64,000 nt of DNA. Source: an uncultured Synergistaceae bacterium (lineage in GTDB: Bacteria > Synergistota > Synergistia > Synergistales > 79-D21). Under the pieces are notes generated by a model. That model ran no database searches and had not been told where the DNA came from. It saw only the letters and a program-made list of their open reading frames with translations. The position numbers were made by a program, and so were the translations under genes. The first letter of the stretch is position 1; each line of letters begins with the position of its first letter. The stretch spans positions 20,218 through 84,217 of the forward strand of contig CAYRNZ010000004.1 in NCBI GenBank assembly GCA_964425765.1, in the 5' to 3' direction. Shown here in pieces: positions 9,300 to 18,020 of this stretch.

Positions 9300-9932
9300 A
9301 TGAAGGACATCCTCGGGCGTTTTCTTGTTGAGGTCTTCACATGCCCGGGCTTGACCGACCGGGAGATTACCGACCGTATCGTCGGCAAGGGGGCCAGGGT
9401 CCAGCCCGTAAACCGGGCCGCCCATGCCCTGGAGAAAATGGGCAAGCTCGAACGGCGGTGCCTCGTCTGCGGAAAGATAGGCAACTTCCCCGTAGGAGGG
9501 GAGGCCGTGGGCGATTCGGGTGAAGAGACCTGCCCCGTAGGAGCGGTGACGGCCAGGTCGGTTTCGAACATGTCGGAAGAGGACGTAAAAAGCCGCCTGA
9601 AAGGTTGGCTCGAAGCGGAAGGATGGGAAGTCCGGGTTAAATGGGGACATGGGCTGGGAGTCGATATCGAAGCGACAAGAGGGGACGAACGCTGGCTGAT
9701 CGAAGCCAAGGGAAGCGGTTCGAAAAACCCGATCAAACAGATCCATTTCCTGACGGCTTTGGGAGAAGCGCTGCAGGCCATGAACGATCCGGTAGCCCGT
9801 TACGCGATAGCCTTCCCGGACAGCCCCAAGTTCCGGAGGCTGTGGGCGAAGCTTCCCACCCTTGCCAAATCGAGGACGGGAGTCGAAGCCCTCTTTGTCA
9901 CCGCCGAAAGCAAGGTTGACCGGGTGGCCTGA
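9300..9932 (+). CDS. Mrr-like protein: N-terminal winged-helix + C-terminal PD-(D/E)xK nuclease-like domain
   Basis: C-terminal half reads GLGVDIEA...ERWLIEAKG (D...ExK pattern). N-terminal ~65 aa looks wHTH-like. Confidence 0.55.
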   Translation: MKDILGRFLVEVFTCPGLTDREITDRIVGKGARVQPVNRAAHALEKMGKLERRCLVCGKIGNFPVGGEAVGDSGEETCPVGAVTARSVSNMSEEDVKSRLKGWLEAEGWEVRVKWGHGLGVDIEATRGDERWLIEAKGSGSKNPIKQIHFLTALGEALQAMNDPVARYAIAFPDSPKFRRLWAKLPTLAKSRTGVEALFVTAESKVDRVA

Positions 9933-10099
9933 AAGGCAGGTCGCCCGGTTATTTTCGGCTAGAATCGAAAATGGTCGTTCGACGCGTGCGCCTCTCCTTG
10001 TGGGGAGGCGATATTTTTTCCCCGGGCTTAAGCATGCCGGGGCGGTCTTTATGGTGATAGGATAGAGCAAAGAAGGGAAATAACCCGCATTTTCCGGAG

Positions 10100-10801
10100 G
10101 TGCTCGCTTTGAAGAAGCTCGGGCTGGTCGGGGGGATAGGTCCCGAGTCCACGGTGGACTACTACAAGGGCCTTGTCGAGGGTTTCCGCGCCAGGACAGG
10201 GGAAGACCGTTATCCCTTGATGGTCATCGACAGCCTGGACCTGGCGGAAATGGTTGCCTACGCTTCGAAAAAGCAATGGGAGCCTTTTACGGCCAGGCTG
10301 GTCAATTCGGTGGAGGCCCTCGCCGCGGCCGGGGCGGACTTCGCCGCGATGGCGGCCAACACCGCCCATATCGTCTTCGACGAAGTCGAAAGGCTGTCCC
10401 CTCTCCCCCTGGTCAGCATCGTGGACGAAACCTGCAAGTTTGCCAAGGCGAAAGGCTGCGGCAGCGTCCTGGTCTTCGGGACGGCCTTCACGATGAGCAG
10501 CGGCCTTTATACGAGGGCGTTCGAACGATACGGGATCCACGCCTTCGTTCCAGGGGAAGAAGAGCAGAAGGCGATCCATGGGATCATCTTCCCGAACCTG
10601 CAGGAGGGTATCGTCCTCCCCGAGGAGAAGGACAGGATCCTTGGGATCGCCGACCGGCTTATCTCATCCAGGAAGGTGGACGGCCTGGTGCTGGGGTGTA
10701 CGGAGCTTCCCCTCATCGTCCAGGAAGGCGACCTGGCCACCCTGGTGATGGATACGACCCGGATCCACGTCGATGCGATCCTCGACTGCATCCTCGGCTG
10801 A
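10100..10801 (+). CDS. aspartate/glutamate racemase-family protein (single-Cys variant)
   Basis: GGIGPESTVDYY and LGCTELPLI motifs. The first catalytic-Cys position reads MAANTAH (Ala). Confidence 0.8.
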   Translation: MLALKKLGLVGGIGPESTVDYYKGLVEGFRARTGEDRYPLMVIDSLDLAEMVAYASKKQWEPFTARLVNSVEALAAAGADFAAMAANTAHIVFDEVERLSPLPLVSIVDETCKFAKAKGCGSVLVFGTAFTMSSGLYTRAFERYGIHAFVPGEEEQKAIHGIIFPNLQEGIVLPEEKDRILGIADRLISSRKVDGLVLGCTELPLIVQEGDLATLVMDTTRIHVDAILDCILG

Positions 10802-10867
10802 CAGCCCGGAAGACAACCGGGGATAGGGAAGTGGCGCCGCATCGACCGGGCGAAAGAGGCGCGAAGG

Positions 10868-11821
10868 ATGCCCGGACAGGGTAGGAACAAGGCTGTAGAA
10901 GTCGTAAAAACCGCTCTGGAGAGGTCAGGATTCGAGGCGGCCCTTTTCCCGGTCGCCCGGGTATCTTCCCTCTCCCGGGAACTGGAAGGACGTGCCGTGA
11001 GCGGTGAAGTTGGGCTTGAACTCGTCCAGCGGTACCTTTCACCCCTTTCCATCGCTCCCCCTGAAGTCCCGTCGTGGGGCAAGTCGGTCTTTCTTGTCGC
11101 CATGGGTCGGCCGATTGCCCGGTTTCGCTTCGAATTGCCCAATGGGTTCCTGTGGGGGGTAGTCCCCCCGCAATACCGCAAAGACCAGGAAACCACGGTA
11201 GGCGAATTCCTGGCCCGGTTGCTGCGCCCCCTTGGCTCGAGAACGGCACGGGCCGAGATTCCCCTCAAGCTTGCTTCCGCACATTGCGGCCTCGGCAGGT
11301 ATGGGAGGAACAATCTCGTCTACACGCGAGGCAACGGGAGCTTCTTGAGGCTGGTTGCCTTTTTCTCCGAACTGGAGTGTGAAGAGGGGCCCTGGGAAGA
11401 GCCGGAATTAATGGAGGCTTGCGTCAATTGCGACGTCTGCCTGCGGAACTGCCCGACGGGCTGTCTCGCCGCGGATCGCTTCCTTGCCCGCGGGGAACGG
11501 TGCGTGTCGTTCCACAACGAGGATGCCGCCCCCCTTCCCGGCTGGATCGAGCGCGAATGGCACAATTCCCTTCTTGGCTGCATGCGCTGTCAATCCGCCT
11601 GTCCGGCGAACCGGGCCTACCTTTCAAGAATCGTAACATGGGACACCTTTTCGAAGGCGGAAACGGAAACCCTCCTCTCTTCCTCCGGGGCGGAGGACAT
11701 ACCCGGGGAGATCGCCCAACGGTTCTACCGGGTGGGGATAGGCCATTACCTGCCGGTCATCGGGCGTAACCTCCGCGCGTTGGCAGGGCGCTATAAAAGA
11801 CACGCCGAATTTTCGGCTTGA
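10868..11821 (+). CDS. QueG-like 4Fe-4S dicluster protein, paralog A
   Basis: CVNCDVCLRNCPTGC and CMRCQSACPANR ferredoxin motifs, plus GRYGRNNLVY. Colinear with the 42101..43042 product. Confidence 0.6.
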   Translation: MPGQGRNKAVEVVKTALERSGFEAALFPVARVSSLSRELEGRAVSGEVGLELVQRYLSPLSIAPPEVPSWGKSVFLVAMGRPIARFRFELPNGFLWGVVPPQYRKDQETTVGEFLARLLRPLGSRTARAEIPLKLASAHCGLGRYGRNNLVYTRGNGSFLRLVAFFSELECEEGPWEEPELMEACVNCDVCLRNCPTGCLAADRFLARGERCVSFHNEDAAPLPGWIEREWHNSLLGCMRCQSACPANRAYLSRIVTWDTFSKAETETLLSSSGAEDIPGEIAQRFYRVGIGHYLPVIGRNLRALAGRYKRHAEFSA

Positions 11822-12025
11822 AACATGCACCCTTCAGATTCGCCGAAGTCCCTCCATCCAGAGATATCGAATTCCATGTCCTCCCATCTAGTATCATGGT
11901 GGCCATTGCATGAGGGATTTGGTGCAGCGGCAGGGTGTGGGGCGTGACTGCCCTTTTTGAAAAAGTCGGGGCTCCCGGGCGCCTAGGTTTGCGGTCGGTG
12001 TCCTGTCCCGATAGGAGGGAATTCA

Positions 12026-13189
12026 GTGAAGAAAAGGGTTTTGTACCATATCAAGTCCCTTTCCTCCGGGGGAGCCCAGAGGCAGCTGCTTTACACTGCC
12101 CTTGCGGCGGAGAGGGAGGGGTACGAGGTCAAGATCGTGATCGACAGGCCGGCGGTCCAGTTCGGAGATATGCTCCAGAGGAGCGGGATCGAGGTGGTTG
12201 TCGCCTGCCCGGGGCCAGCGCGGCACCGAACGGCCAAGCGGGTGATGATCCTTTCACGCATGATCCGGACTTACAGGCCCGAGATCGTCCATTCATTCCT
12301 CCCCAGGAACAACCTCTGGGCCTCGCTGGTTTCGAGATTCCACGGCGTGCCTGTGAAGATCGCCTCGATCCGCAACACGGATCGGAACGCGTTCAAGTAC
12401 CTTCGGCTCTATCGGAGGTGGGCGGATAAAATCGTCTGCAATTCGCGCCTCGCCGCGGAAATCGCGATGAACGAGTACGGCGTTCTGAAAGACGAACTTG
12501 CGGTCATCTACAACGCCATCGACCTGGACCGGTTTGCGAAAGCGCAACAGGTGAAAGATTTCAAGGCAAGGCTGGGAGTGCCTGAACAGACCAGGCTGGG
12601 GATCACGGTGGCCAGCCTGGCGAACAGGAAGAACCACATCGGCCTCGTCAGGGCGTTGGGGATTCTCGAAAAGGGAGGTTTCCTCGATGGGATCCATTTT
12701 TTGTTCGCGGGGAAACCGGAGGACGGCGAGTATTTCCGGAAGATCATGGAGGCATTGGACCAATGCGCCTTGTCCCGTAAGGTGACGGTCCTGGGGGCCA
12801 GGGAAGACATCCCCGAACTTCTGAAATGTTGTGAATTCATGGTTCTCCCATCCTTCTTCGAGGGGTTCCCCAACGCGGTCATCGAGGCCATGGCTTCCGG
12901 GCTTTTCGTGGTCGCGACCCCGACCGGGGGTACCCCGGAACTGGTCGAAGACCGGATCAACGGTCTCCTGACCCGGGGGTGTGCTCCCGAAGATCTGGCC
13001 GACGGGATACGGGCTTACCTCACGCTCGCAGAATCAGACAGACATCTGATGGTTGGTGCCGCAGGGGAAAAGGTAAGATCTTTCGCTCAGGAAAAAGCTT
13101 TTAAACCGGTTTTCGAGCTCTACGAGGGGACGAAAAGCGGGGTTCGGACGCAACGCCGGTACGTGGGGGGATTGCGGGAGGGAGCCTGA
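12026..13189 (+). CDS. GT4-family glycosyltransferase, paralog A
   Basis: GTG 6 nt after AGGAGGG. C-terminal EGFPNAVIEAMASGL (E-x7-E region). Paralog of 32159..33268. Confidence 0.85.
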   Translation: MKKRVLYHIKSLSSGGAQRQLLYTALAAEREGYEVKIVIDRPAVQFGDMLQRSGIEVVVACPGPARHRTAKRVMILSRMIRTYRPEIVHSFLPRNNLWASLVSRFHGVPVKIASIRNTDRNAFKYLRLYRRWADKIVCNSRLAAEIAMNEYGVLKDELAVIYNAIDLDRFAKAQQVKDFKARLGVPEQTRLGITVASLANRKNHIGLVRALGILEKGGFLDGIHFLFAGKPEDGEYFRKIMEALDQCALSRKVTVLGAREDIPELLKCCEFMVLPSFFEGFPNAVIEAMASGLFVVATPTGGTPELVEDRINGLLTRGCAPEDLADGIRAYLTLAESDRHLMVGAAGEKVRSFAQEKAFKPVFELYEGTKSGVRTQRRYVGGLREGA

Positions 13190-13371
13190 GGGAAGCTTGA
13201 ACGGTTTGCTTTGCCCCTTTTCCGTCCCTCTTGGTAGAATAGCTGCTGGGTTTTAACCTGCCTGTAAGTTTCAAACACATATACAATGCAGCCGGAAAAG
13301 GACGAAAGGACACCGAAGAGCCCTGCCGATGGAACAATACCCGGCAGGACCAAACCCTGGGAGGGTTCCGC

Positions 13372-14253
13372 GTGGAATATTGCCCCCTATCTCTCGAACA
13401 CCAGCACCCTTACAGACGGCTTCTTGCCGTCACCCCCGAGAAGTCTTCCGACTATAGTTTCGTCACCCTCTGGGGCTGGCATTCTTACGCAGGGTACGAA
13501 ATGGCTTTCGGATACGGTCTGGCCTGGCTGAAGATCAACCGGGAGGGGAAAGTATTTCGAGGGTCCCCGGTAGGAGACTGGGGGGAGGTTGACTGGAACC
13601 GCCTCATGCCTGAAGAGTTTCCTGAAGGAGCCGTTTTCGAACGGGTTCCGTCGAGGCTAGCCTCGCTGCTGGAGCGGACTTTTCCCGGGCGCGTGGAACT
13701 GGAGCCCCAGCGGGCCGAGTGGGAATACGTCTACTCCGTGAAGGATCTGGTCGGACTGCAGGGGAACCGTTACCACAAAAAGAAGAACCTGTTTCGGCAG
13801 TTCCTGAGAGACCACGACTGGGTTTTCGAGCCGATGGCATCGGAAACGATCCCCGAGGTCCTGGCCATGCAGGCCGAATGGTGTGCCTGGAAAAACTGTT
13901 CGGGGTCAGAAAGCCTGGCTGCCGAAAACGAGGCGGTCAAGAGGGTCCTCGGCAGTTGGGGCGATCTCGAGGGGCTGCTGGGAGGGATAATCCGGGTCGA
14001 TGGGACCATCGTCGCCTACACCGTTGCGGAAAGGTTTTCCCCGGATACCCTGGTCATCCATTTCGAGAAAGGAAACCCGGCCTTCAAAGGGATCTACCAG
14101 GCCATCAACCAGGTTTTCCTGGAGCGGGAAGGATCCGGATTTGCCTGGGTCAACCGGCAGCAGGACGCCGGGGAACCGGGCATGCGCCAGGCCAAGTTGT
14201 CCTACCATCCCAGCCGTTTCGTGGAGAAGTTTCGCGTCCGCATCTCAGTGTAG
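13372..14253 (+). CDS. DUF2156 (aminoacyl-phosphatidylglycerol synthase C-terminal-like) stand-alone protein
   Basis: 293 aa with no TM segments. N-terminal SDYSFVTLWGWHSY pattern is recalled from DUF2156 family members. Confidence 0.6.
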   Translation: MEYCPLSLEHQHPYRRLLAVTPEKSSDYSFVTLWGWHSYAGYEMAFGYGLAWLKINREGKVFRGSPVGDWGEVDWNRLMPEEFPEGAVFERVPSRLASLLERTFPGRVELEPQRAEWEYVYSVKDLVGLQGNRYHKKKNLFRQFLRDHDWVFEPMASETIPEVLAMQAEWCAWKNCSGSESLAAENEAVKRVLGSWGDLEGLLGGIIRVDGTIVAYTVAERFSPDTLVIHFEKGNPAFKGIYQAINQVFLEREGSGFAWVNRQQDAGEPGMRQAKLSYHPSRFVEKFRVRISV

Positions 14254-14449
14254 TAAAAGGGCTGGGAAAATCCGTTGCAGGAGGGAAAAAGTGTTTGGGC
14301 ATCGGAGTGAAGGGCGCTTTGCCGGGAACGGGGCGGGTTTTTTAATTTGGGCCGAGCTATGAAAATGATAATATTTTAGTTGTCGGGACCGAGGACTGCC
14401 CATCGACAAAAGGTCCCTTGCAAGCGACATGGCAAAAGGGGGAATCGGG

Positions 14450-15307
14450 ATGAAATGGAGAGGCCGGAAAGAGAGTTCCAACGTCGAAGACCGACGCGGG
14501 CAAGTTGTAAAAGGCGCGGCCGGGCTTGGCGGCGTGGGGATCATCCTGTACCTCGTGCTCATGCTTATGGGTGTCGACCCGAGCGCCATCATCGACATTG
14601 CCGGGAACTCCCAGTCGGGTTCCGGTACGACCGGCCAGTCCCAGGAATACCAAGGCAGCGCGGAAGAAGAGGAATTGAGGGATTTCGTATCTGTCGTCTT
14701 CCAGGATACGGAGGACGTCTGGACGGAGGTTTTCGCAAGGGAAGGCGCGAGGTACCAGAACCCGAGCCTCGTCCTGTACACCCAGGCTACCCAATCTGCC
14801 TGCGGGGTGGGACAGGCGGGGATGGGTCCTTTTTACTGTCCCCTGGACCAGAAGGTCTACCTGGACCTGAGTTTCTATCAGGAGATGAGGAATAGGTACA
14901 GGGCTCCCGGGGATTTCGCCCTGGCCTACGTGATCGCCCACGAAGTCGGCCACCACGTCCAGAACCAGCTGGGGATCCTCGAAAAAGTGCAGAACCTGAG
15001 GGGCCGCGTCAGCCAGAAGCAGTACAACCAGCTGTCGGTGAGGTTGGAACTCCAGGCGGACTATTTCGCCGGGGTCTGGGCAAAGTACATGCAGGGAGAG
15101 GGCTACCTGGAAATCGGGGATGTCGAGGAAGCGATGAACGCGGCTTCGGCGGTAGGCGACGACCGCATCCAGGAACAGATGCAGGGAAGTGCCGTTCCGG
15201 ACACCTTCACCCACGGAACCTCCGAACAGCGTGTCCGCTGGTTCCGGAAAGGTTTTACCAACGGGACCATCCGCGGCGGCGACACTTTCGGCGCCAGGGA
15301 ACTCTAG
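14450..15307 (+). CDS. ypfJ: YpfJ-family neutral zinc metallopeptidase
   Basis: MKWRGRKESSNVEDRRG N-terminus, one TM segment, HEVGHHVQ zinc site. ATG lies 7 nt after AAGGGGG. Confidence 0.85.
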   Translation: MKWRGRKESSNVEDRRGQVVKGAAGLGGVGIILYLVLMLMGVDPSAIIDIAGNSQSGSGTTGQSQEYQGSAEEEELRDFVSVVFQDTEDVWTEVFAREGARYQNPSLVLYTQATQSACGVGQAGMGPFYCPLDQKVYLDLSFYQEMRNRYRAPGDFALAYVIAHEVGHHVQNQLGILEKVQNLRGRVSQKQYNQLSVRLELQADYFAGVWAKYMQGEGYLEIGDVEEAMNAASAVGDDRIQEQMQGSAVPDTFTHGTSEQRVRWFRKGFTNGTIRGGDTFGAREL

Positions 15308-15448
15308 ACGGTCTATCCCCCCTCTTTCCAAGGCGTTTTTCGAGTTCGCTTTCCGGGAGTCGCTCTTGTTTGCCAGGAGCGACTCCTCGTTTTCCGGTTT
15401 CCTCGCAGAGGAACCCCTTCCTGCAGGTTATGGACTGGTTCCTTCGGG

Positions 15449-16531
15449 TCATTCCTTGATCGTGACGAGGTCCGTCTTGCCTTCCCGGGAATAGACGACG
15501 ATGATCGAAGCCTTCTGTGACCATTTCTCCTCGAGGTAAGCCTTTAGGGAGCCCGGTTCAAAATCTTTCGTGGAACGCCCGTTGACTTCCAGCATCACGT
15601 CCTGGGCTGCCAGGCCGGTTTCGGCGCCTTTGCTCCCTGTTTCTACCCTCTCGATCACGATGAAGCCTTCCGTGTTTTTTGCGCCGAGGACGATTCCCAA
15701 GGTTTTCCCCTTGGGGATTTCGGTCCCGGCAGAGGCGGTGGCGGTCTCGTTCGTGATCTGGTCCATTGGGGTCCCGTCGACCTTGTTGCGGATCTCCCTT
15801 ATCAGCGGGACAAGCGCCGAAATGGGCCGTTGCTGGCTTTGCGGTCCCTGGCTGTCGACCTGGTTGACCAGCAGCCTGATGTTGCCGTCGCGGGGCAGCA
15901 TGTTGAACCTCACCCTGCTGTAGGCCCCCGGCATGAACAGTACGGACGCTCCCTGTCTGCCCATGACGACCTTGTTGTCGTCGACTTCCTCCAGGGTGTA
16001 TTTTTCCCTCGTCATGACCGCGATGATGGCGTCCTGGACCTCCTGGACGGCCGCTCCCATGATCGTCGTGGTGAAAAGCATCGAGGCTCCGGCTGCCGGG
16101 CTTGCCGTGCCTCCGCCATGGCCGGCCAGGGGAGGCGCCGGAACCGGCCCGGTTTCCCCTCCTTTGCCAACGTACCGGAGCGCCATGGCGATCTCTTCCT
16201 TGACCTCCTTGCTGTTCCTGGGTTTAGAGGGGGTCAGGGACTGGGATTCGGGCCTGTCGTTGACAAAAACGTGGGTTTCGAGGATGCGGTAACGTTCCGC
16301 GGAAAGGTCCACCTCGAGTTTCTGGACTCTCTGGTTGGTCCCAAGAGCCTTGGTGACGTTGAACGAATACCAGAAGGTGAGCAGTGACCCTTCCTGGACC
16401 ACGCTGTCCGCGTCGATGTAGCTGAACATTTTCCATCCGAGCGACGGGGTTTCCTTCACCAGGACCCAGTTCGAGGCGTATGCCGCAGGCGCCAGGACAA
16501 ACAGCAGCAACAGGGTGAAAAGTCTCTTCAT
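15449..16531 (-). CDS. secreted PDZ-domain protein
   Basis: Signal peptide MKRLFTLLLLFVLAPAAYA. C-terminal PDZ-like GFIVIERVETGSKGAETGLAAQDVMLEVNG. Confidence 0.7.
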   Translation of the reverse strand: MKRLFTLLLLFVLAPAAYASNWVLVKETPSLGWKMFSYIDADSVVQEGSLLTFWYSFNVTKALGTNQRVQKLEVDLSAERYRILETHVFVNDRPESQSLTPSKPRNSKEVKEEIAMALRYVGKGGETGPVPAPPLAGHGGGTASPAAGASMLFTTTIMGAAVQEVQDAIIAVMTREKYTLEEVDDNKVVMGRQGASVLFMPGAYSRVRFNMLPRDGNIRLLVNQVDSQGPQSQQRPISALVPLIREIRNKVDGTPMDQITNETATASAGTEIPKGKTLGIVLGAKNTEGFIVIERVETGSKGAETGLAAQDVMLEVNGRSTKDFEPGSLKAYLEEKWSQKASIIVVYSREGKTDLVTIKE

Positions 16532-16754
16532 GGCGATCCCTCCCGTATGCCCCGATAAAGCAAGACTTGATTATGTTTTTAGTCTAAAGCTTTATATTCT
16601 TAGCCTGGGCGATTTAATTCTACTCTTGCCGGATGCCGGTTTCAACGGGAGGGAGAAGGCTGTCCTTGAAAGGATCTGTCTATACGGTTAAACTTCGGTT
16701 GGGTCCCAACCTTTAAAGGCTCCTCAATCTCTTGTACGAAAGGCGGAGAATGCC

Positions 16755-17963
16755 ATGCCGGGTTTCGCGAAACGCATGAAGACCATGGAAAAGTCGGCCA
16801 CGATCATCCGGAATCTCTTCGGAGCCATGAACGACCCCAACCTCATCTCCTTCGGGGGCGGGGCACCGGCGCGAGAAGCCCTTCCCATCGACATCGTGCG
16901 GGAGATCGCGAACGATGTCCTGACGACCGGCAAGAGAGGCGTGGAAGCCCTCCAGTACGGCGGGGTCATGGGCTTGCGCGACCTGAGGGAAGCCGTCGTC
17001 GACCAACTCCTCCAACCCAAGGGAATCGAGGCGAAGGCGGACAACATCCTCATCACGAGCGGCGGGCTCGAGGGCATCAACCTCCTGTGCCAGCTTTTTA
17101 TCGACCCGGGTGACGTGATCCTGGTGGAATCACCGACTTTCGTCCATTGCGTCGAGATCTTCGAGATGTTCCAGGCGAAATGCGTCAGCGTGGCCATGGA
17201 CGGCAACGGCATGGTGCCGGAGGACCTGGAGGAGAAGATCAGGCGGTATAAACCGAAGATGGTTTACGTGATCCCGACCTTCCACAACCCCACGGGGAGA
17301 ACCCTTTCGCTGGAAAGAAGGAAAGGCATCGCCCAACTGGGAAGCGAGTACGACGTGATCATCCTCGAGGATGATCCTTACCGCGACATCCGCTATAGCG
17401 GGACCGACCTGAAGCCGATCAAGGCTTTCGACCAGACGGGGCATACGGTCCTGGCCAACAGCTTCTCCAAGATCTTTTCGCCCGGGGCAAGGCTAGGTTA
17501 CGTATTTGCGGGCGACGAGGTGACATCGAAACTGTTCGATGCCAAGACGGCGACCAACTCCCACACGTCGATGCTGCCGCAGGTCATCTGCGCCGAGTTT
17601 TTCAAGCGCGGGTTTTACCCGGCCCACCACCGGATGATCTGCGACCTTTACCGGGAGAGAAGGGACACGATGATCGAGTGCATCGACCGCTTCTTCCCGC
17701 AAGGGACAAAGCGGACCTTCCCGGACGGGGGGCTTTTCACCTGGGCGGAGCTGCCGGGAGGGATCAACACGACCAACCTGCTTGCCGAGGCCACCTCGAA
17801 TCCGGCGGTGAGGGTAGCCTTCGTCGCCGGCGAGGGTTTCTTCATCGAAGGGGGCGGCATGGGGAGCAACTGCATGAGGATCAGCTTCGGCGCGGTTCCT
17901 CCCGAAAAGATCCGGCTGGGCGCCGAAAAGCTGGGGAATTTCATCTCTTCGAAGCTGAAGTAG
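16755..17963 (+). CDS. PLP-dependent aminotransferase (class I/II)
   Basis: SFSKIFSPGARLGY PLP-lysine motif, 402 aa. Confidence 0.88.
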   Translation: MPGFAKRMKTMEKSATIIRNLFGAMNDPNLISFGGGAPAREALPIDIVREIANDVLTTGKRGVEALQYGGVMGLRDLREAVVDQLLQPKGIEAKADNILITSGGLEGINLLCQLFIDPGDVILVESPTFVHCVEIFEMFQAKCVSVAMDGNGMVPEDLEEKIRRYKPKMVYVIPTFHNPTGRTLSLERRKGIAQLGSEYDVIILEDDPYRDIRYSGTDLKPIKAFDQTGHTVLANSFSKIFSPGARLGYVFAGDEVTSKLFDAKTATNSHTSMLPQVICAEFFKRGFYPAHHRMICDLYRERRDTMIECIDRFFPQGTKRTFPDGGLFTWAELPGGINTTNLLAEATSNPAVRVAFVAGEGFFIEGGGMGSNCMRISFGAVPPEKIRLGAEKLGNFISSKLK

Positions 17964-17994
17964 GAGCGGGTTCCCGCTGGGGACTCTAAAAAAA

Positions 17995-18019
17995 GGACAC
18001 CGCACCTGGGGCGGTGTCC
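17995..18019. terminator. bidirectional terminator between convergent genes
   Basis: GGACACCGC-loop-GCGGTGTCC flanked by an A-run (left) and T-rich sequence (right). Confidence 0.65.
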
Positions 18020-18020
18020 T

